From the NCBI GenBank assembly GCA_052055015.1, contig JBQJIT010000078.1: a DNA stretch of 33,962 nucleotides; one strand, written 5' to 3'. Positions 22,601 to 31,426 of this stretch are shown piece by piece (position 1 is the stretch's first letter; every line of letters begins with the position of its first letter). The translations under genes were made by a program, and so were the position numbers. This DNA comes from Malassezia furfur (lineage: Eukaryota). The notes beneath the pieces were generated by a model, which worked only from the letters and a program-made list of their open reading frames with translations, was not told where the DNA came from and ran no database searches.

Positions 22601-23465
22601 TCGAAACGCACCCATGCCTCATGGTCATCCAGTTCCAGAATGCGCGCGGTGTCGAGCATGGCGGCATTTTGCGCCACCTTCTTGCTCGGCGCCGCACCTT
22701 TGCCAACTTCGGTGCCACCCAGGGAGATAATGGCCTGCCAGCCCGTCGACACGTTGCGTCGGCCGCGCTTGTCGCGCAGCTCATTCATGATCACCTCGGG
22801 CTTGCCAAAGTGGCCCACATGGCACACGTAATCCAAGAACTCGCGCGCACGCTCCAGCGAAATGGTCGTCCCGTCGGAAAGTGTCACATTCAGATCGCCG
22901 CCTTTCTTGGATGCGACGGTGCCGAGCAGACCCGGCGGAGGGTGCTCGATAAAGTCGCGGTCAAGCAGCATCAGCATGCCATGCAGCGCCGCTGTCCGCT
23001 CGGCCTCTTTCTGCGTTTTGCCATCGCCAATCGCGATAATGTTCAGCTCCTCGTCGAGAACAGCGGTGCAGCGCACAATCGTATCGCGCTGCCCAGCAAC
23101 ATAGCCTTCGATCGAGACAAACTTGGGTGGTACGCCCATGCGCGATTGGGTGTACAAGCACAGAACATTTTTCGGGTTATCAACCCACTGGGGCTTCGCG
23201 CGGTCAAGCAGGTGCGCATAGTGCATGCGGATCACATTCTGGAAGAAGAGAGGATGCGGGTGAGTGGGCAAGATTTTGGCAGGTGCTTTACTGCGGCCAC
23301 TGGACGATCAGCTTAGGACACGTACTTCTTCTTGCCTCCACGTTTCGAGGACGACTTCCCTCCCTTACCTAGGCCGCCACCGCTGCCGCCACTGCTCCAG
23401 CGTGTGCCACCCGCCTTGGGGGCATTACCCGCTGGACGAGCACGCCAGTCAGCATTATCGGCCAT
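19603..23465 (-). CDS. DExH/RHA RNA helicase with two N-terminal dsRBD-like domains (DHX30/DHX9-like), ~1278 aa; intron 23300-23325 (26 nt)
   Basis: [34 protein letters not shown] and an HA2 region. N-terminal PKNVL..GDGKTQKEAERTAA and GKGAAPSKKVAQNAA. The upstream exon MADNADWR.. splices in frame. Confidence 0.88.
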
Positions 23466-23526
23466 AGTAGGGAGAGAAGAAAACGAAAAAAAGCTCCTAG
23501 GAAGGAGGCGTTGCGAAGAAGAGAAA

Positions 23527-23836
23527 AACGCTCGGTTCGATCGTAAAGGGAATTCAGTCAGATAGAAGATTGCCAGAGAGGCCTTAGCCATACACTGGGC
23601 TTAGAGTCTCGGTAGAAAAAGGGATTGGGGCGTTAATCAATGACGGCCCTAAGCACCAAGATGGACGAATTCTTCTAGCTTCGGAGGAAGGTTTCGCTTT
23701 CTTTAATCGCTTCCTCCGAATTATCTCGCGTGGCGCAGTCAGTGATGAGGGTGACCCCTCCGCAGCTATTCCCAGATATTGCCTGGGGGCTCTAGAGCGA
23801 ATCAAAGGCCCCGATCGACTCGGATAGTGTTATTTT
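23527..23836 (+). ncRNA. Candidate ~300-nt structured non-coding RNA, family unassigned (RNase MRP/P-like topology possible)
   Basis: Terminal helix, a long-range helix 23599-23610/23786-23798, a perfect 11-bp stem 23680-23690/23710-23720 and several hairpins. G-U pairs favour the + strand. Ends in TTATTTT. Confidence 0.5.
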
Positions 23837-23872
23837 AAGATTGCGAAGCACGTGCTTTATAAAAAAAGGTTT

Positions 23873-25272
23873 CTAAAGAACGGCAATATCTTTGGCCAAA
23901 TCGCCCAGCGCGGCACAACACGCTAAAATTGGGCCACGTGCTAGGGCAGGAACCTCTCGGAGAATCTGGCGGTTAGTGTTCGATCAATGTGGGGACGTAC
24001 CGCGAGAGGCTGGAGCGTTGGACGCCCTGCAGCCATAGCAAAAACTTTGTAATCATTTCCATGCTGCATGACTTGATCAGGGTCATCAACACCGGGAGGG
24101 AGGGGGCGCGGTAGCTCGCCATCCACGATCGCGACGGGCAGTGGGACTGGTGGAGGCGCAGCGCTTTGGAAACTGTGCCGATATCCCTGGTCCAACTGTC
24201 TCACAATATCGCTGTAGGCAAACCACTCGTTGTTGGCCGTATCCAGGATCTCACTCGGTACGTAGGTCGCTTTGTAGCGCATTTTTGTACACGTGTGGAT
24301 ATAGTAACCTGTGTGAATCGCATGCACCTACCCATGTAGTACCATTGGACAGATGGATGAGCGTCGCGGTGCAAACGCCTTGCCAGGGCAATCTCATTCA
24401 ACCCGCTAATTTTTCCGAGTTCCCAGTGCTCAAACTTGGGGTCGTAGAAAAGATAGACGCTGCTGACGCAGCTGGGTAACAGGTCCAGGACGCCCACAGC
24501 AATGAGCTGGCCTCGGTCTGCGTTAGTCGACAACCGCGTACATCGGTACTCTTGATGAAATGTGCTGTACTCGGGATAGACATTGTCCTCTTCATTTTTC
24601 TGTTGTTAGCATTCAGCCTACCGGAAACGGAGAATCAACCAAGAATTGTTCCCAGCCGTTCCGCGAGCTAATTTCCGATTCGGGCTCGCGGTGCACATGC
24701 GCCTGGTATTTGCGGAACAGGGCATATTTTTCGTCCGTGCTACTCGCAGGGACGAGCCGAACCTGAATGCGTTCGGGCAATGCTTCCTTATACGGCTGCT
24801 CCGCATAGGCCTTTGCGCCGCCATCCTGGTCGAGGACCAAAGCGAGCCGCTCTTCCAAGTCCCAAGGATGGTCGGATGCCCATTTACCTTTCCATTTGGC
24901 CGGCTTGGGATTGGGCGACAGATCCCAGTACAAATTGTTGAGCGTGCGCTTTTGTTTCCGCGACGGCGTAAACTGCGCGTGACTCACGCTGGGTTAGCAC
25001 GGCACCTACCGAATGGGATGGTGAACGCAGCACGTTCTTGAATTGTCTGGCTTGTACAAAATCGTGCCAGAACGGCGCCAGCCACGGTCAATGAGCGCCT
25101 GGTAGGTTGCTGGCGTCAAACGCAACCCCTGCGTAAGCCCTCGGCGTACCCATGCAAAGTACGAATAGCTCGTGTCCTTGCGTGACTTTTTTCCTCCTTG
25201 GTCCGCGCAGTAGCCACATGACGACTTTTCGTAGCCAACCGGCTGAACAATGCTAAGCTCGTCTACGCGCAT
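23873..25272 (-). CDS. ATE1: Arginyl-tRNA-protein transferase Ate1; introns 25129-25149, 24989-25009, 24600-24621, 24518-24541, 24309-24331, 23966-24000
   Basis: [89 protein letters not shown]. The last intron gives a final exon [18 protein letters not shown]. Confidence 0.92.
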
Positions 25273-25338
25273 TTGGCCGCACGGTCGACAGTGGTAGCAA
25301 CTCGCACGCGCACGGTCGTTGGACTCCACCTCCACTCC

Positions 25339-27420
25339 ATGTCCAGCACTGGAGTACCGAGGCGGGGTCGCTGGGCTGCGACGCGCCGGCGTACGTCGCA
25401 GGCCAAGTCGGCGGCCACCACGTCGAAATTGCACCAGAGTGTCATTTCAAATGATGCACTCGAAACGCGCATCCAGAACGAGATGTCACCGTTTCCTCCG
25501 ACATTTACCGAGAACGTGTCGCGGCGCGAAGTGCCTCGGCCTGTGGAGGAGGGCCTGCCGAGCTTGCGCGACGTCGCACTGCGCATTGCAGGACAGCATT
25601 TCTCGACGCACATTCTGCCTACTCCCGAGGTGTTTGAGCGCTTGCAGGGAACCCTGCGAAGCGCTCCGAAAACGTTGCGCAAGCGGCGAAAGATGGACGA
25701 CGATTATACCCCCGAAGACGACGATGTGCAAGTGCAGTCGGACACGCGCCCGCCTCGCATTGCCATGACGTATACACAGGCGCTGTACTTGAGTGAGATG
25801 AACCGCGACCTGCTCAAGCACCTCCCCCCCGTCATGGTCGATGCGCTCTTCGATGCTATTTGCCTGTACTCGCCATGGTCACTGACGAAGGAGGTGTTCT
25901 CGACGTATTTTCTACCGCATGTCGCCCCCGAAAAGACGCGGCAGGGGAGTGTGCAGGGCGAGGTTCCGCCGCTGCCCCTGGATGCTCGCGTGCGCACTCG
26001 CATCTTTCTCCCTGCCTCGCTACCGCTGTTTTCCCAGGACCACAAAACGGCCTCGCTCTTGCTCTCCGTGTTGGCAGGCGCTTTGGCGTTGTCGCCCAGC
26101 GCCGCACGTCTGACTTCCGTTATCCGCGAACTCGACCTACACGGGCTCACGCGGCTGCAGAATGCTTCCCTGGTACGGTTACTTCGTGCGCCGCCAAGCG
26201 CACCCAACGCACGGCCCACGCCGTGGCATCTGCGGCACGTCGCCCTGCCCGGATGCACGGCGATTGGTGACGCGGCCGTTGCGGCACTCGTGCGTGCCAC
26301 AGGAGAAACGCTTGAAGAGCTTGACCTGGCGATGACGTCGGTGAGCACGTCGTCGCTCCGCGAGATCGGAATGGCCTGTCCCCACCTGCGCTCGTTGCGC
26401 GTCGCGTGGTGCGAGAATTTTGCCGAAGATACCTTTTCGGAGGCGGTGAGTGTTGCGGTTGCCCAGTGTGCGGATGCCAAACCGCCGCGCATCCCGTTCC
26501 AGCTGCTCGTTTCGGTGGATGTGTCGCACACCTCGGTCGGTGACTTGGCCATCGGCGGTCTGCTCCGGCTGTGTGGTTCACAGCTCCGCTCACTGGATGT
26601 GGGGTACACCAACGTTGGTGGGAGTGGAAGCCTGGACATGCTCCGTCTCGGGCTCGGCCTGCCTAACACCAGTGCCGCGCATCCCTCGCCGCTGGAGCAT
26701 CTGGGACTGGGCGGATTGTGTGTACACAGCACGTCGCTGCTTGACCTGGTCGAGCACTTGCTTTCCGAGCAAGGTTCACTATCGTCGCTAGACCTGGACG
26801 ACCTCGTCGAGTACGCACGGCGGCACCAGTCCAACCTACAGGGCCGCACCGGCGTGTCGGGTGCGACGCTCCACCGACTTGCCGAAGCCGTCGCAAGCGC
26901 CGTGCGCCGGCGGCAGCAGCCGTTTGTGCGGTTCTCGGCGCGCGGTGACAAACGGCGCGCATCTGTACCTGGGCACTGGGCCGTGCCTGGCGCGGCGCGA
27001 GACGCAACAACACTCGGTGCGACGACGCTCGGTGCAACCCTCTTCCGCCTAATGACTACCTGCCGCGTACGTGCCTGACGACTCACGCAGTTCCTTGCAC
27101 TCAATGGCCTGCAGCTCGATGCCTACGATCTCGACGAGCAGGGCGGCGTGCCGCCGGCAGTGCACACGCTGCACCTGAGCAGTACAGGACTGCGCGACGA
27201 CGCGCTCGATGCGCTCGTCCCCTGGACCGGCGCGCTCGAATCGCTCTACTTGGATGATACCCCCGTGACGTGTAGGTTACCTGCTGACGCAGCCTCGGCC
27301 CTGGACCGCCTTGTACACCACAACCCGCACCTAGTGCTCATCAGCCTGTCGCAGTGCCGCGGCATCCCCGTACGCGAGCGGCGCAACTATTTCCAAGCCT
27401 GTAGCGAACGTGCTGAATAA
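25339..27420 (+). CDS. Leucine-rich-repeat (RNI-like) protein of unknown function; introns 27067-27090 and 27272-27292
   Basis: Repeats such as LRHVALPGCTAIGDAAV, LEELDLAMTSVS, LRSLRVAWC, LRSLDVGYTNVG, LESLYLDDTPVT and LVLISLSQCRGI. N-terminal LPSLRDVALR motif. Confidence 0.75.
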
Positions 27421-27453
27421 TGTGAAACCGCCCTTTTTTGGTTCTCGACTGCA

Positions 27454-30400
27454 ATGCGTGCCGTGGGGGAGGTCGAGTACGAGTACCTCTCGTGCGCGGT
27501 GAACCGCACGACGCACGTCGCGGACTGGCTCACGGTCCGCAACGACGAGCAACGCGCCGATGTGTACGTGTTTGGCGTGCACAAGGGCTTTGCCGCCGTC
27601 ACTGCACCCCAGGACCTGCACTCGTGTGCCGGGCACCGCGAAGGATGGGGCGCCCCGGCCGACGTGTACGTGCTCAAAGCGGCGCCCGCACACGATACCC
27701 ACGCCGCGCTCATCGTCGGGCACTACAACGGCGCGCTGCACGTGTTCCAGCCGAAGCTGCGCGACGGGCAGGTCGCCTGGACGCACGACGTCCAGCTGCC
27801 CCAAGCGCACGCATCCTCGGTCACGGCGCTCGGTGTGCTGCGCGACCCCGCGTCGGTAGCGCGCGGCGCTGACCTCTTTGTGTCTGGCAGCACCGACGGC
27901 ACGCTCAAGGTCTGGCACCTCGCGCGGGGACCGTGCATGCAGGCGACGCTCGTGCAGGAGATTGCGCTGGGCGGAAAGTACCCGCTGGACATTGCGCTCG
28001 TGCACCTGCCCGACGCGGGTGCCGAGCCCGTAACGCTCATGGCCGTCGCGCTGACCGACAAGAAGGTGCATGTGTATGTGCGCGAGGCCGGCGCCTTTAC
28101 GCTGCGCCTCGCGCTCGAAGGCCACGAGGACTGGGTACGTGCGCTCGACTTTGCCGTTGCGCCGCGCGGCCAGGACGGTGTTCTGGACGTGCACCTGGCG
28201 TCCGCATCGCAGGACAACAACCTGCGTCTCTGGCGCATCCAGGCGGCGTCGGCGGCCGACGTGCCCGACACCGACACCACGGACGCCTTCGAGGCCATGG
28301 CGCGCGAGCTGGTGCCGAGCACGGACCAGGCGATCAATACCAAGAAAAACTGGCTCACGCTCCACGATGCCCGGCGCTGGGCCATCTCGCTCGATGCGCT
28401 GCTCGTCGGCCACGACGCATGGGTCACGGGCGTGCGCTGGCTGCCGGCCCTGGACGCCGACGCACAGCAGGCCGCGCTGCTTTCGAGCTCGATGGACAAT
28501 AGCATGATCGTCTGGTCGCCGCGGGAGCCGGGAACATCGACGTACCCCCGTCTTGCCGACGATGCCGCGTCACAGGCACTGTGGCTTCCGGTTGCGCGCC
28601 TCGGCGACGTCGGCACGCTGAGCGGCGGCTTCCTCAGCGCGCTTTGGCATCCCGCCGGCAACGCGGTCCTCACGCACGACCGCCACGGCGCGACGCATCT
28701 GTGGGCGCAAGATGCGTCCACGGGGCGATACGCGCCGTGTGCGGTCGTGTCCGGCCACGCGGGGGCCGCGCGCGGCGTCGCGTGGGAGCCGTACGGCGAC
28801 TACTTCCTTTCGACAGGGTACGTGTCTCACTAACGCAGCGTCGACCGCACGACGCGCCTCCACGGCACCTACTGTACGCGCGGCGATGACGAGGATGCCT
28901 TGCCGCCGCGCTCGTGGCACGAGATGGCGCGGCCGCAGACGCATGGCTACGACCTGCAGGCGGTCGCGTGGCTCGACCGCGCGGCATTTGTGAGCGCCGC
29001 GGACGAAAAAGTGATGCGTGTGTTTGGCGCACCGCGCAACTTTGTCGAGAGCGCGCGCGCCTTGCACATGGTGCAGGAGCATGTGCACGCGACGCATGTC
29101 GTCGTGCACGATGCCGGTGCGCCCGACGCGTGGCAGCATCCCATGCGACTGGACGGCGCCATCGAGGCAGCACTCGCCGACGACCCGACAGCGCTTGCGG
29201 TCCTTGTGTTTAGCGATGCGCTTGCGGGCGAGGCGCCTGCCGTGTCGCTCCATGCCGTCGAGTACTTCCTGCAGCAGGTGTACACCAAGGCATGGGGCAT
29301 CGCGGCCCGCCGCGACCGCTTGCAGACGGACATTACCGTGTACCTTGTCCCGAGCGCACTGTCCAACGCCGCGGGGCACACCGCGGCCGAGCTGTGGGCC
29401 AACACGTACGGCCGCGCCGTCACCGCCGTGTGGGCGGTCGGCGACGCAGCGCAGGTCGACTGGCTGGCACCGGTGCTGCGCGCGCGGCCTATCCCGGTGC
29501 CCGCGAGCGACTCGACGCCGGGCGATGCGCAGGGCACGTCGTTCCCCCGTGCGGCGACCGTGGCGCTGGGCGGCACGTTCGATCACCTGCACATTGGGCA
29601 CAAGCTGCTGCTCAGCATCGCGGCCCTGTGCACGACGCGGCGCCTCATTGTGGGCGTGACCAGCACCGAGCTGCTCGCGAAAAAGAAGCACCGCGCGTAC
29701 GTCGAGCCGATCGCCGTGCGGCTTGCGGCTGTGCGCCACTTCCTGCGTGCATTTCGCCAGGCGTTTGGCGCGCTTGAGCTGGACGTCGTGCCCATCAGCG
29801 ACGTGTGTGGCCCGGCGGCGACCGACCCGACCTTGGACCTGTTGGTGGTCACGGAAGAGACGGCAAAAGGCGCAGATACCATTGCAGAGGAACGGCGCAA
29901 GAACCAGGTGCAGGCAGTCGATGTGCACATCGTGTCGCTGGTGGACGCAGCCGACCACTCGGACAAGGTCGGGAGTACGGCGATCCGTGGCTGGCTCGAG
30001 GCGAAGCAGATCGCGCCAGGGCATGAGACGCCGCTGGACGTCGACCTCGCCGCGGCACTCGCTGCTGCGCCTGCGTCTGTCGACGTGCCGGCGCTTGGCC
30101 TGTCGAACCGCGCGGCCGATGCGGTCGAGGCGGATACGGCACCGGCCCCGACGCCCGTCCTGAGCACGCCGCCGAACCCCGAGCAGCTGCAGGCCGCAAC
30201 ACTCTGGCTCGAGCTCGAAAAGCTGTACGGACATGGCTACGAGCTGCTGAGCGTCGATGCGGATCCGCGCACGCGGCTCATCGCGAGCACCTGCAAGGCG
30301 ACGACACCGGCGCATGCGGTGGTGCGCCTCTTTGACGGGCGCGAGCGGTACAAGCCACTCGCCGAGGTGCTCGAGGGCCACACGCTGTCGGTGACGCGCG

Positions 30401-30918
30401 TGCGCTTCTCACCCTCGGGCGAGTACCTGCTGACGAGCAGCCGCGACCGCTCGTGGCGCCTGTTCCGCCGCGCCGGTCCGCGGTACGAGCCGTACGCCGG
30501 CGAGCGTGCACACGCGCGCATCGTGTGGGACTGTGCGTGGAGCGTAGATGGGCGCACGTTTGCGACCGCATCGCGCGACAAGACCGTCAAGGTGTGGCAG
30601 CTGGACGCGGCCTCCGCGAAGCGGTACGCCCCCCTCGCTACGATCGAGCTCGAGGACGCAGCGACCGCCGTGGCGATGGGCGATGGCGACGTGCTCGCCA
30701 TTGGTCTCGAGCGTGGCGAGGTGCGCATCTACGAGCCGGATGCGACCCGCACGCACTGGACGTGCGCAGCCGCCCTGCCCTGGCACCACACAGGGACCGT
30801 GCACCAGCTGGCCTTCCGGCCGCGGGGTGCGTGGCAGGACACCTACAACCAAGTACCCTACATGCTGCTCTCTGCGGGCGAAGATGGGTGCGTTCGTGTG
30901 ATTTCGTGGCATAGCTAG
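27454..30918 (+). CDS. ELP2: Elongator subunit Elp2 (WD40) with an internal Cab4/PPAT-like nucleotidyltransferase insertion, ~1147 aa; intron 28818-28838 (21 nt)
   Basis: [95 protein letters not shown]. The insert carries [17 protein letters not shown]. Confidence 0.92.
29075..30060 (+). other. Phosphopantetheine adenylyltransferase (Cab4/CoaD-type, HIGH family) domain embedded in ELP2; borders approximate
   Basis: [19 protein letters not shown] (core at 29569-29601), [70 protein letters not shown]. Confidence 0.85.
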
Positions 30919-31304
30919 CGACCGTACTTTTGCAACTCCCATTCGCGGTTGTCCAGTGGGCACACTTGCCGCGTCTTGAGCCAACGCGAGATGCAGTGGA
31001 AGTGGAAAGCGTGCTGCGTGAGTGGCGCGACGTACGTTGCACTGGCCCCAAGCCACGGTGCACTCCTCGGTGGTGGCCGAGCCCTGGTTGGCCTGGCACT
31101 CGATGCCTGCGTCAGTCGCGCGCGTGCGTACACAGCTCCATGATGTGATTCCGGCAGATCGCACACTGCGTTAGTCGCGCCACGTACGTTGTCGACCTGG
31201 ATGTCCCAACTCCAGAGACACACGCTGTTCCACTGCGTCAGCCGGGAGGCACGCACCTTTTTCACCTGGAAACGAGGCGTTTCCTGCGGCGTGTCGACGT
31301 CCAT
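30915..31304 (-). CDS. RBX1: RING-box protein Rbx1/Hrt1; introns 31233-31256, 31166-31187, 31107-31131, 31014-31035
   Basis: [82 protein letters not shown]. Confidence 0.96.
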   Translation of the reverse strand: MDVDTPQETPRFQVKKVRASRLTQWNSVCLWSWDIQVDNVRGATNAVCDLPESHHGAVYARARLTQASSARPTRARPPPRSAPWLGASATYVAPLTQHAFHFHCISRWLKTRQVCPLDNREWELQKYGR

Positions 31305-31426
31305 GGCGACCCAGACGAAGCAACCGGTGGTGGAGGCACGGTGGAGGCGCGGCGCCACCGCGCGGGTGCCGCGTGGAGGCAGCGCACGCGGCGGCGGCCT
31401 TCCCCTCCACCTGGACGACGGACGCG

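Noticed and set aside
23495..23505. U14 snoRNA domain B-like CCTTCCTAGGA on the - strand
   Set aside because: No adjacent D box and no domain A, so probably chance.
23534..23742. tRNA gene (B-box-like GGTTCGATC at 23534, A-box-like TGGCGCAGTCAG at 23731) or SRP RNA
   Set aside because: The boxes are in the wrong order with no cloverleaf. The SRP helix-8 spacing and the 5' Alu motif are not matched.
23856..23867. TATA box (TTTATAAAAAAA)
   Set aside because: It lies just past the spliced ATE1 stop at 23873, so it is more simply an ATE1 3'-end signal.
23466..23872. Centromere core suggested by the GC dip
   Set aside because: The region is only moderately AT-rich and ~400 bp, and its pairing pattern is better explained by an RNA.
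29075..30060. PPAT as a separate gene nested in an ELP2 intron
   Set aside because: Same strand and frame with no stop, and no donor/branch/AG signals at the borders. RNA data are still needed.
13823..30918. Functional tRNA wobble-modification cluster (NFS1 plus ELP2)
   Set aside because: The genes are ~12 kb apart with unrelated housekeeping genes between them, so co-occurrence is likely chance.
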